Positions 1 through 7,779 of a stretch of DNA of 35,538 nt are shown here, in pieces. The DNA is taken from sequence record SRR22947725_7213. One strand, given 5' to 3'. Positions within the stretch are counted from its first letter, which is position 1. Every line of letters begins with the position of its first letter. The notes below the pieces were generated by a model that saw only the letters and a list, made by a program, of their open reading frames with translations, had not been told where the DNA came from and did not search any database. A program made the translations under genes and the position numbers.

Positions 1-5
1 GTTGC

Positions 6-779
6 GTGATGTCGAGCGGATCTCCGGCCGCAGAGCACGTTTTGGCCGTCCTTGATTTTCTTTCCCACGGGAAAGGCCCAGTCCCCGCCGCCACCATCTC
101 TCGAACACTCGGGATTCCCCGTTCCACCACCTATCAGCTGCTCGAAGCCCTGTCTGCTCGGGGATTCGCCACACACTTTCCCGATGACAGAACATGGGGG
201 TTGGGGGTAAGGGCCTTTGAAATTGGGAGCGGCTATGCGAAACAGCAACCCTTAGTTCTCATGTCGGCGCAATTGCTGCGTCAACTGGCCCACGACCTCC
301 AGGTAGGAACCCACTTAGCGGTCCTTCATGGCCTCGACGTGATCTACCTGGTAGAAGAACGGTCGACCCATGGGCCCTGGTTGGTCAGCGAGGTCGGTGT
401 CCGACTACCCGCTCACCTCACCGCAACAGGGCGCGCAATCCTCGCCCACTTGCCCAAGAATCAAATGCGGGCCCTTTACCCTCACGGATCAACGCTTCTG
501 CCCGTGCGTCAAAATCGCGGACCTAAGAGTGTCCGGGATCTGCGTGACCTTCTGCAACAAACCAGACAACGCGGATGGTCCATTGAGAACGAAGAGATCA
601 CACCGGGCTTCTTCTCTGTTGCCACCGTCATTCGGGATTACACAGGATGGCCCACTGCGGCGATTGCCCTTACCGGAGACAAAGAAAAAGTGGAGAACGA
701 TATCCCCGGGCTCGCCCAGCGCCTGATGCAGGTCGCCACAACCATCGAAACACGACTCGGCGGTACCAGTGGGATTTGA
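6..779 (+). CDS. IclR-family transcriptional regulator (resembles actinobacterial histidine-utilisation regulators)
   Basis: N-terminal HTH (ISRTLGIPRSTTYQLLEAL) and IclR effector-domain motifs (VGVRLPAHLTATGRAILA, RGWSIENEEITPG). Start is GTG at 6 or ATG at 9. Confidence 0.9.
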   Translation: MMSSGSPAAEHVLAVLDFLSHGKGPVPAATISRTLGIPRSTTYQLLEALSARGFATHFPDDRTWGLGVRAFEIGSGYAKQQPLVLMSAQLLRQLAHDLQVGTHLAVLHGLDVIYLVEERSTHGPWLVSEVGVRLPAHLTATGRAILAHLPKNQMRALYPHGSTLLPVRQNRGPKSVRDLRDLLQQTRQRGWSIENEEITPGFFSVATVIRDYTGWPTAAIALTGDKEKVENDIPGLAQRLMQVATTIETRLGGTSGI

Positions 780-781
780 AC
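759..781 (-). repeat. att-like duplicate of the tRNA-Ser 3' end (distal junction of the integrated element)
   Basis: ggcggtaccagtgggatttgaac (759-781) matches ggcggtaccggtgggatttgaac (2172-2194) at 22/23 positions, in direct orientation. Confidence 0.85.
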
Positions 782-832
782 TCTCCGGTTGCATATAGCA
801 GCGGGGGTAGGGGTATCTGCCCTTGCCTGCCG

Positions 833-1189
833 TTAAAGGAGAATGAGACCGAAACCGACGTTCGCACCAACGATTACGGCGACAATAAGGCCCGTGAACA
901 GAGGCCACGGCTGCCCCTGGAAGGCTTTGCTTGATGCATTGTCCTGCACTTCTTCCGGGATGCTCTGGGACAGCCGTTTGAGCCGATCTACGGTTCCCGT
1001 TAAGCCTACAAGCGCAAAGATCGAGACCGACACTGCGCCTACGAATATTCCTAGACCCGCTGAGTCGTCGGAGAGAGCCCCGGCTATCGGAATCCCGACG
1101 ACGAGAAGCACCAGGGCCATTAAGCCGCGCGTAAGGAAAGTTACCTGATCGGCAACGAGGCTCGTGAACCAGCTAATTTTATTAGACAC
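833..1189 (-). CDS. Hypothetical membrane protein (118 aa, about 3 hydrophobic segments), islet cargo
   Basis: Intact ORF with AGAAAGG Shine-Dalgarno ahead of the GTG start and three hydrophobic stretches. No family recognised. Confidence 0.7.
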   Translation of the reverse strand: MSNKISWFTSLVADQVTFLTRGLMALVLLVVGIPIAGALSDDSAGLGIFVGAVSVSIFALVGLTGTVDRLKRLSQSIPEEVQDNASSKAFQGQPWPLFTGLIVAVIVGANVGFGLILL

Positions 1190-1569
1190 TGTGAATGACC
1201 TTTCTTAACTTTGATGTATCTCTAAAGTTAAAAAAGAATATCAACGTCATTTCGCATAATGCAAACCAACACGCAAACCCTGCTCGGGGCGGCAGGATTC
1301 GCGGGTCGCTGAGTCATTCGAGTTCATGTTTTGAAGGTTAGAAGGAACCGCTGGCGGTTCAAATGCGCAACCCTGGGCTACGGGGTGTCCTGTCTCTCTA
1401 TATCGATTTTTTACCTCGCCCCCTGCAAGTGCCGGTTGGGTGGTGGTCACTGAGGTAATCAATAGTTAAGGCTTCAACAAGCGAGTTACAAGGGTTAGTT
1501 AGCGACCCAGACCAGTGGGTGCAGGCTCTCTGCCCATGGGTGCCTGCCCCTCGGGCTCTAGGCCCACGC

Positions 1570-2096
1570 CTCTCCTACACAGGTCTGCGCTGGGGAGAGC
1601 TCATCGGCCTGCGGGTACAGGACCTAGATGACCTGCGTCGACAGCTACAGATACGTGTAAACGCGGTGTGAGTAGGGGCACCGTTGAGGTTGGCCTGCCA
1701 AAGAACCACCAAGAACGGTCAGTAACTTACCCAAAGTTTCTGGATCGATCACTCCTCCAGCTGACGGCGGGAAAGGGGCCGGAATCCCTGCTATCCGGGA
1801 AAGGAGAGCGCCACCTGAGACCCCCTGACAGTCGACGGGGGTGGTGGGTAAGCGCAATGCGCCAAGCCCAAGCGGTTGACAACACTTTTCCGTCACTAAC
1901 GAGACACGATCTTAGGCACACCGCCGCAAGCCTCGCCGTTTCGGCGGGCGCAAATATTAAGGCGCTGCAACGAATGTTGGGGCATGCTTCTGCTTCGATG
2001 ACTTCAGACACGTACGCAGACCTTTTCGATGAGGACCTGGACAGCGTTGCTGAACGACTCGATAACGATAGAACCCAAAAAATTGTGGGGTTTTAG
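1570..2096 (+). pseudogene. Tyrosine recombinase/integrase pseudogene (N-terminally deleted, frameshifted)
   Basis: The frame at 1570-1671 reads LSYTGLRWGELIGLRVQDLD (box I Arg) and stops at TGA 1669-1671. A second frame (1668-2096) reads PKNHQER...HDLRHTAASL...LGHASASMTSDTY (box II and catalytic Tyr). No recognisable N-terminal domain upstream. Confidence 0.85.
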
Positions 2097-2170
2097 TGGG
2101 GACTGTGCGAAGGATTACGTTTCTTGTAATCCCAAACCCTACAGACAAAGGAAAGCAGTCATATTTCACT

Positions 2171-2260
2171 TGGCGGTACCGGTGGGATTTGAACCCACGG
2201 TGGACTTTCACCCACACAACTTTTCGAGAGTTGCACCTTCGGCCGCTCGGACACGGTACC
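2171..2260 (-). tRNA. tRNA-Ser(CGA)
   Basis: Reverse complement GGTACCG...CAACT-CTCGAAA-AGTTG...long variable arm...GTTCAAATC...CGGTACC-G-CCA, 90 nt, CCA encoded. Confidence 0.95.
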
Positions 2261-2326
2261 GTCGAGAAGTTTACACCTCCCAGCTCTCGCAGGAATGGCG
2301 TCGCAGGCAAGCCTTAGGCTCGAACT

Positions 2327-3679
2327 ATGGCAAAAACCCAGGCTCCGTACCACTGTGAGGAATGCGGGTGGACGACACTCAAATGGGCTGGCCGATGTGG
2401 GGAATGCCAATCGTGGGGAACCGTTGTTGAAGTGGCAGCTCCCACCACGCGCTCCAAGCAGGTCAAGGCCGTGGTGCCTCTCGGGGAAGGCGTCGCTCGA
2501 CCGATCACCGAGTTCTCCGGCGAAGATAGTGGGCACCAGCCCACGGGCGTGGGCGAATTTGACCGTGTACTCGGTGGCGGCGTTGTCCCCGGTGCGGTCA
2601 TTTTGCTCTCAGGCGAACCAGGTGTGGGTAAATCCACCCTGCTCCTCGACGTTGCTGCCAAGGTTGCTGCCAACAACAAAACCGTTCTCTACGTCAGTGC
2701 GGAAGAGTCAGCTGGCCAAGTCCACCTCCGGGCCACCCGGACCGGTGGTCTCCACGAACGCTTGCTTCTAGCTAACGACATGGACTTAGGCGTCGTCTTA
2801 GGTCATATTCAAAGCAATAAGCCCGACCTGGTCGTCATCGATTCCGTTCAGACTTTGTCTTCCGGTCTCATTGACGGTTCCGCCGGAGGCGTGGCGCAGG
2901 TTCGAGAAGTGGCTGCCACCCTCATTCGTGTTGCAAAAGAAACAACGGTCCCGATCATCCTGGTAGGCCACGTCACCAAAGATGGCCAGGTAGCTGGTCC
3001 TCGAACACTGGAGCACTTAGTCGACGTCGTCTGCCAGTTTGAAGGAGACAGGCAAACCGCTCTACGGTTTGTCCGGGCTTTGAAAAATCGATTCGGCCCC
3101 ACCGATGAAGTGGGATGCTTCGAAATGAGCGGGGATGGCATTCTCGAGGTGCCCGACCCCAGCGGACTCTTCCGCTCGGGCTCTGGCGAACCTGTGAGTG
3201 GCACCTGCACCACGATTGCCCTCGAAGGGCGACGAGCATTGCCCGTCGAAGTTCAAGCCCTCGTGGTCCCCAGTGGTGCACCGCAGCCTCGACGAGTGGT
3301 CAACGGGGTCGAGTCATCCCGGGTCGCCATGCTCTTAGCTGTCCTAGAAAGACGAGCCGGAATTCCGCTGTCTTCGGCAGATGTCTATGTTTCTACTGTC
3401 GGCGGGATACGTCTTCATGAACCCGGTGCAGACTTAGCCATCGCGCTGGCCATCGCTAGCGCTGCCAAAGACATTCCGCTTTCCAACACCACGGTGGCCA
3501 TCGGTGAAATTAGCCTTGCCGGTGAAATCCGAACGGTTTCACAGTTAGCGCAGCGCACCAACGAAGCGACCAGGCTCGGTTTTGACATGATCATCGACCA
3601 GTCGAGAACCAACATCAAAACCGCGATTACTGACGCGTTCTCCACGAGCCCACAGAAACAGAAGAAACCAGACTTCTAA
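2327..3679 (+). CDS. radA: DNA repair protein RadA/Sms
   Basis: C4 zinc finger (CEECG...CGEC), Walker A GEPGVGKST, KNRFG motif, Lon-like C-terminal domain. TAGGCT -10 box lies 6 nt before the ATG. Confidence 0.97.
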   Translation: MAKTQAPYHCEECGWTTLKWAGRCGECQSWGTVVEVAAPTTRSKQVKAVVPLGEGVARPITEFSGEDSGHQPTGVGEFDRVLGGGVVPGAVILLSGEPGVGKSTLLLDVAAKVAANNKTVLYVSAEESAGQVHLRATRTGGLHERLLLANDMDLGVVLGHIQSNKPDLVVIDSVQTLSSGLIDGSAGGVAQVREVAATLIRVAKETTVPIILVGHVTKDGQVAGPRTLEHLVDVVCQFEGDRQTALRFVRALKNRFGPTDEVGCFEMSGDGILEVPDPSGLFRSGSGEPVSGTCTTIALEGRRALPVEVQALVVPSGAPQPRRVVNGVESSRVAMLLAVLERRAGIPLSSADVYVSTVGGIRLHEPGADLAIALAIASAAKDIPLSNTTVAIGEISLAGEIRTVSQLAQRTNEATRLGFDMIIDQSRTNIKTAITDAFSTSPQKQKKPDF

Positions 3680-4254
3680 TTCAGCAGGAACTGCTTCGTT
3701 TCTTCAGAACTGACATCCCCCAGGGAAACACCGAGGTGGTAGCTCGCGCCACCTCCAGGCATCACGGGTCGTTCGGCCTCACAGGTTTCGGTGGTGGAGC
3801 GGGTTCTATCCCACGCCAACGCTGTAGTTTCTTGAGTCTCGCCAGGCCCCAGGGTGATGTCGTAGGGCACCGAATCTGTCTGGCAGTCATCCGAGGCCCA
3901 GATCCGATCGTCACCAGAGGTGACGACGTAGCGCTGTTGGTCCGTGCCCACCCCGAGGGTGCACTCCAGGCTTGAGGTGTTAGTCACTCCCAGCCACAAC
4001 TGCGGATTCTCGCCTGCGCCATAGGAGCTCTGGTCGGTCTTTGCGACCAGTTCAATCTGGCTAGGAAGACAGTCGGGTGGCTTAATAACTTCCACCGCAA
4101 TCTCTGGTTCGGGCTCTGGTGCTGCTGTTCCCCCAAACCCTGGGCGAACAATGATCAGAACCACCACAACGATAAGGACGGCAAGTCCACCCAGAACGGC
4201 AAGCCGACGGCGCCAATAGATATTGGAGGGAACCTGTTGCCGGGTATTGGACAT
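3676..4254 (-). CDS. Conserved actinobacterial membrane-anchored hypothetical protein (radA-convergent)
   Basis: IYWRRRL followed by one TM helix and a Cys-containing extracytoplasmic domain (IWASDDC, WDRTRS). Family typically found beside radA. Confidence 0.8.
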   Translation of the reverse strand: MSNTRQQVPSNIYWRRRLAVLGGLAVLIVVVVLIIVRPGFGGTAAPEPEPEIAVEVIKPPDCLPSQIELVAKTDQSSYGAGENPQLWLGVTNTSSLECTLGVGTDQQRYVVTSGDDRIWASDDCQTDSVPYDITLGPGETQETTALAWDRTRSTTETCEAERPVMPGGGASYHLGVSLGDVSSEETKQFLLN

Positions 4255-4280
4255 GCTCCTAGAGTATGACTGGGGAGCCT

Positions 4281-4322
4281 AAAAACAGGGGTTTTCAGCC
4301 GGCGAGCCTGAACACTGCCCCT
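4281..4322 (-). terminator. Probable intrinsic terminator after clpC/argA-like
   Basis: Minus strand reads AGGGG..TTCAG..CTGAA..CCCCT (imperfect stem) followed by GTTTTT. Confidence 0.4.
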
Positions 4323-4324
4323 AA

Positions 4325-4837
4325 CTAAAGGGTTTTCACCATCCGAGAGTTGCCCAAGGTGTTGGGTTTCACCCGGGCCAAATCCAAAAATTCCGCCAAA
4401 CCCTCGTCGGGGGAGCGAACCATTTCGGCATAGACCTCGGGGGCGACATCCACCACCTGTTGGGTGTGGAAACCATGCGCACTAAAGAAGCCCACCTCAA
4501 AGGTGAGGCAGAAGAGCTTCGTAAGTCCTAGGTGTCGCGCCTGCGATTCAAGCTCCTCCAACAGGGCGTGACCGACACCTTTATCTTTGTGGTCAGGGTC
4601 GACGCTGAGTGTGCGAATTTCTCCTAAGTCTTCCCAGAAGACGTGGAGTGCCCCGCACCCCACCACAGCACCAGCATCGTTGACCGCCACGGTGAATTCC
4701 TGGACAGACTCGAATAAGACCACCAGGTCTTTACCCAAAAGGATTCGCGCGTCTACCAGGGGCCGGATGAGTTCAGCAATAGGACGAATGTCGGCAGTGG
4801 TTGCCGCCCTCACCACATAGTTTTCTGCTGGAGTCAC
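4325..4837 (-). CDS. argA: Amino-acid N-acetyltransferase (short GNAT ArgA-type)
   Basis: GCGALHVFWEDLGEIRTL, GVGHALL, LFCLTFEV and KPNTLGNSRM match the actinobacterial GNAT ArgA-like family. Start moved to GTG 4837, which has TACGCT 6 nt upstream. Confidence 0.8.
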   Translation of the reverse strand: MTPAENYVVRAATTADIRPIAELIRPLVDARILLGKDLVVLFESVQEFTVAVNDAGAVVGCGALHVFWEDLGEIRTLSVDPDHKDKGVGHALLEELESQARHLGLTKLFCLTFEVGFFSAHGFHTQQVVDVAPEVYAEMVRSPDEGLAEFLDLARVKPNTLGNSRMVKTL

Positions 4838-4853
4838 GACGCCAGCGTAGTAG

Positions 4854-7328
4854 CTAGGACTCGAGTGCGCCCGCTGGTTCCGCCTCAACCTCACGCTTTT
4901 TCGAAGCGAACAGGAATTCGGTGCCGTCGAAGTCTACGTCCACGGTGTCCCCGGGGGAGAGCTCTCCTTGGAGAATTCTCTCGCTCAAAGCGTCCTCAAC
5001 GTTTTGCTGAACAGCTCGACGCAGTGGCCGGGCGCCCATGGCGGGATCCCAACCAATCAAGATGAGCTGCTTACGCGCAGCCTCCGTCACCGTCATCGTG
5101 ATATCCCGATCAAGCAAACGGTCACCCAAACGCTTGATGAAGAGCTGAACGACCTCCAGCAATTCTTCTTGAGTCAACTGCGGGAAGACAATGGTCTCAT
5201 CCACACGGTTGAGGAATTCAGGCCTGAAGTTCTTCTTCAGCTCCTCGACCACCTTGGCGCGCATCGACTGGTAGCTCGCATCAGCGTTTCCATCGAGAGT
5301 GAACCCCACGGGTCCTCCCGTGATGTCCTTGGTCCCCAAGTTCGTGGTCATGATGATCACGGTGTTCTTAAAGTCCACCACTCGACCCTGCCCATCGGTC
5401 AGGCGTCCTTCTTCAAGCACCTGAAGCAACGAGTTGAAGATATCGGGGTGGGCTTTTTCGATTTCATCGAAAAGTACAACACTGAAGGGCTTGCGACGAA
5501 CCTTCTCGGTGAGCTGACCGCCCTCTTCGAATCCCACGAACCCTGGAGGGGCACCAAAGAGTCGAGACACCGTGTGTTTTTCGCCATATTCCGACATATC
5601 CAGGGCGATCAGAGCGTCTTCGTCATCAAAAAGGAACTCCGCCAAAGCCTTTGCAAGCTCCGTCTTTCCCACACCAGTGGGGCCAGCGAAGATAAAGGAT
5701 CCGCTGGGGCGCTTCGGGTCTTTCAAACCGGCCCGGGTCCGACGGATGGTCTTCGAGAGCACAGAGATGGCCTGTTCTTGACCAATGACCCGCTGGTGGA
5801 GGGCCTTCTCCATGAACATCAGGCGTGCGGTCTCTTCCTCGGTGAGCTTGAAGACAGGAATTCCGGTTGCCGCAGCGAGAACTTCAGCAATTACGCCTTC
5901 ATCCACCACGCCGACTCCGCCTGCTTCACCGGTGCGCCACTTCTTTTCCAGCTGCAGACGTTCGCCAAGCAGAGTCTTCTCTTCGTCGCGAAGCGAGGCT
6001 GCTTTTTCGAAGTCTTGTCCCTCGATGGCAGCTTCTTTGCGCGTGCGCACATCCGCAATCTTCTCGTCAAATTCCCGCAACTCAGGTGGGCTCGAGAGCA
6101 GCGACAAACGCAAACGTGCTCCCGCTTCGTCAATTAGGTCGATGGCTTTGTCCGGCAGGAAACGGTCCTGGACATAGCGGTCGGCCATATTCACGGCAGC
6201 GTCGATAGCGCCATCAGTGATGGAAACCCGGTGGAAGGATTCGTACCTGTCCCGCAGACCCTTCAAGATGTTGATGGTGTGGGCGGGAGAAGGTTCGTTG
6301 ACCTGCACCGACTGGAAGCGACGCTCAAGAGCTGCATCCTTCTCGAAGTGTTTGCGATATTCATCCAGAGTGGTGGCACCAATGGTCTGGAGCTCGCCAC
6401 GAGCCAGCAGAGGCTTCAGAATGCTGGCAGCGTCGATAGCGCCCTCTGCTGCACCTGCCCCCACAAGGGTGTGGATTTCATCGATGAAGACAATGATGTC
6501 TCCCCGGGTGCGGATCTCCTTGGTGACCTTCTTGAGGCGCTCTTCAAAGTCACCGCGGTAGCGGGAACCGGCGATCAAAGAACCGAGATCCAGAGAATAC
6601 AGCTGCTTGTCCTTGAGCGTTTCTGGCACATCGCCCTTGACGATGGCCTGAGCAAGCCCTTCAACCACGGCGGTCTTTCCCACACCGGGTTCACCGACCA
6701 AAACAGGGTTGTTTTTGGATCGACGAGACAAAATCTGCATCACGCGTTCCATTTCGCGCTCGCGCCCAATAACGGGGTCGAGTTTTCCTTCACGCGCGGC
6801 GTGGGTGAGGTTGCGACCAAACTGGTCCAACACCGTCGAACCCTTGTCGCTGGAAGTTTCTGATCCTCCCACCGACACGGGGTCTTTGCCCTGGTAACCC
6901 GAGAGCAACTGGATGACTTGCTGGCGAACGCGGTTGAGGTCGGCGCCAAGCTTAACCAAGACCTGGGCGGCAACGCCTTCGCCTTCACGGATGAGGCCCA
7001 GGAGGATGTGCTCGGTGCCGATGTAGTTGTGGCCCAACTGAAGGGCTTCCCGCAGGCTCAGTTCCAGCACCTTTTTAGCCCGGGGAGTGAAAGGAATGTG
7101 ACCGGTTGGAGCCTGCTGGCCCTGGCCGATGATTTCTTGGACCTGTTCGCGCACAGCTTCGAGAGAAATGTCGAGTGATTCGAGCGCTTTTGCAGCCACC
7201 CCTTCGCCCTCGTGGATGAGGCCCAGGAGGATGTGTTCGGTGCCGATGTAGTTGTGATTGAGCATCTTGGCCTCTTCTTGGGCCAATACAACGACTCGGC
7301 GTGCTCGGTCGGTAAACCGCTCAAACAT
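4854..7328 (-). CDS. clpC: ATP-dependent Clp protease ATP-binding subunit ClpC
   Basis: [21 protein letters not shown]-terminus, two AAA+ modules ([16 protein letters not shown]), UVR-type middle domain. ATG 7328 preferred, GTG 7337 possible. Confidence 0.97.
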   Translation of the reverse strand: MFERFTDRARRVVVLAQEEAKMLNHNYIGTEHILLGLIHEGEGVAAKALESLDISLEAVREQVQEIIGQGQQAPTGHIPFTPRAKKVLELSLREALQLGHNYIGTEHILLGLIREGEGVAAQVLVKLGADLNRVRQQVIQLLSGYQGKDPVSVGGSETSSDKGSTVLDQFGRNLTHAAREGKLDPVIGREREMERVMQILSRRSKNNPVLVGEPGVGKTAVVEGLAQAIVKGDVPETLKDKQLYSLDLGSLIAGSRYRGDFEERLKKVTKEIRTRGDIIVFIDEIHTLVGAGAAEGAIDAASILKPLLARGELQTIGATTLDEYRKHFEKDAALERRFQSVQVNEPSPAHTINILKGLRDRYESFHRVSITDGAIDAAVNMADRYVQDRFLPDKAIDLIDEAGARLRLSLLSSPPELREFDEKIADVRTRKEAAIEGQDFEKAASLRDEEKTLLGERLQLEKKWRTGEAGGVGVVDEGVIAEVLAAATGIPVFKLTEEETARLMFMEKALHQRVIGQEQAISVLSKTIRRTRAGLKDPKRPSGSFIFAGPTGVGKTELAKALAEFLFDDEDALIALDMSEYGEKHTVSRLFGAPPGFVGFEEGGQLTEKVRRKPFSVVLFDEIEKAHPDIFNSLLQVLEEGRLTDGQGRVVDFKNTVIIMTTNLGTKDITGGPVGFTLDGNADASYQSMRAKVVEELKKNFRPEFLNRVDETIVFPQLTQEELLEVVQLFIKRLGDRLLDRDITMTVTEAARKQLILIGWDPAMGARPLRRAVQQNVEDALSERILQGELSPGDTVDVDFDGTEFLFASKKREVEAEPAGALES
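6989..7256. repeat. 43-bp direct repeat encoding the two Clp N-terminal repeats ([14 protein letters not shown])
   Basis: 6989-7031 and 7214-7256 match at 42/43 positions. Confidence 0.85.
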
Positions 7329-7386
7329 GTGTGCCACTCCTTAGATCGGGGTATCAGTGAAACTCTCACCAGTACTCGTGATTACG

Positions 7387-7433
7387 AGAATAAGCGCGAA
7401 AGTGTCCCCATGGGCAGGTGTTCGCCCCCAGCG
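7387..7433 (-). promoter_or_regulatory. ClgR-like operator plus -10 box upstream of clpC
   Basis: GTTCGC-CCCCA-GCG at 7420-7433 matches the GTTCGC-N5-GCG ClgR consensus. TATTCT -10 at 7387-7392 on the minus strand. Confidence 0.7.
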
Positions 7434-7484
7434 TGAGGGGCTCCTCAGCGTTCCTTGGGATACCGACCCTAGACTCGGGAGAAG

Positions 7485-7589
7485 ATGAACAAAGCACCGA
7501 AGAAGTCCGCCTGGCCGCCGGCCAGGGTTGCGCTTCTGGTCATTCTGGGCGGCTTCATCGTTTATGGTCTAACAGCTCTGATCGGATAA
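7485..7589 (+). CDS. Small single-TM protein (34 aa), absent from the ORF track
   Basis: MNKAPKKSAWPPARVALLVILGGFIVYGLTALIG*, with GGGAG just upstream and a TAGACT -10 at 7470-7475. Confidence 0.5.
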   Translation: MNKAPKKSAWPPARVALLVILGGFIVYGLTALIG

Positions 7590-7601
7590 GGGGGGAACGA
7601 C

Positions 7602-7778
7602 GTGATCGAGAACTTCTGGCTGAATGCCCTTTTTTCGGTAACGCCCACCGCGCTCATGGGTGTGCTTTTTTGGTTCATCATCCGTTCCATCTTGACCGCA
7701 GATCGCCGTGAACGCTCTATCTACAAGAAAATGGAACAAGAAGAGCGCACCAGGCGCGCAGGGGCTCTCGAGGACTAA
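7602..7778 (+). CDS. Small membrane protein (58 aa), absent from the ORF track
   Basis: MIENFWLNALFSVTPTALMGVLFWFIIRSILTADRRERSIYKKMEQEERTRRAGALED*, one TM plus a charged helix, with a purine-rich RBS (AAGGGGGG). From memory it resembles a small protein seen near lysS in Microbacteriaceae. Confidence 0.75.
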   Translation: MIENFWLNALFSVTPTALMGVLFWFIIRSILTADRRERSIYKKMEQEERTRRAGALED

Positions 7779-7779
7779 C

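Larger units (their letters stand above)
759..2194. mobile_element. Decayed tRNA-Ser-integrated element (genomic islet, ~1.4 kb between att copies)
   Basis: Bounded by 23-bp direct repeats of the tRNA 3' end. Contains a tyrosine-integrase remnant next to the tRNA and AT-rich stretches (about 1170-1260 and 1455-1500). Confidence 0.8.

Noticed and set aside
1249..1276. ATTTCGCATAA resembling a XerC half-site of a dif site
   Set aside because: No XerD arm (TTATG...) follows the 6-bp spacer, so this is probably a chance match in AT-rich DNA.
1247..1462. 71-aa minus-strand ORF in the islet
   Set aside because: TTG start, no clear RBS, and no recognisable motif or protein-like composition.
1957..2536. 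ORFs spanning tRNA-Ser
   Set aside because: They overlap a clear tRNA gene and radA, so they are spurious.
4968..6863. Long plus-strand ORFs (389 aa, 210 aa) opposite clpC
   Set aside because: Antisense shadows of a conserved gene, expected with GC-biased codon usage.
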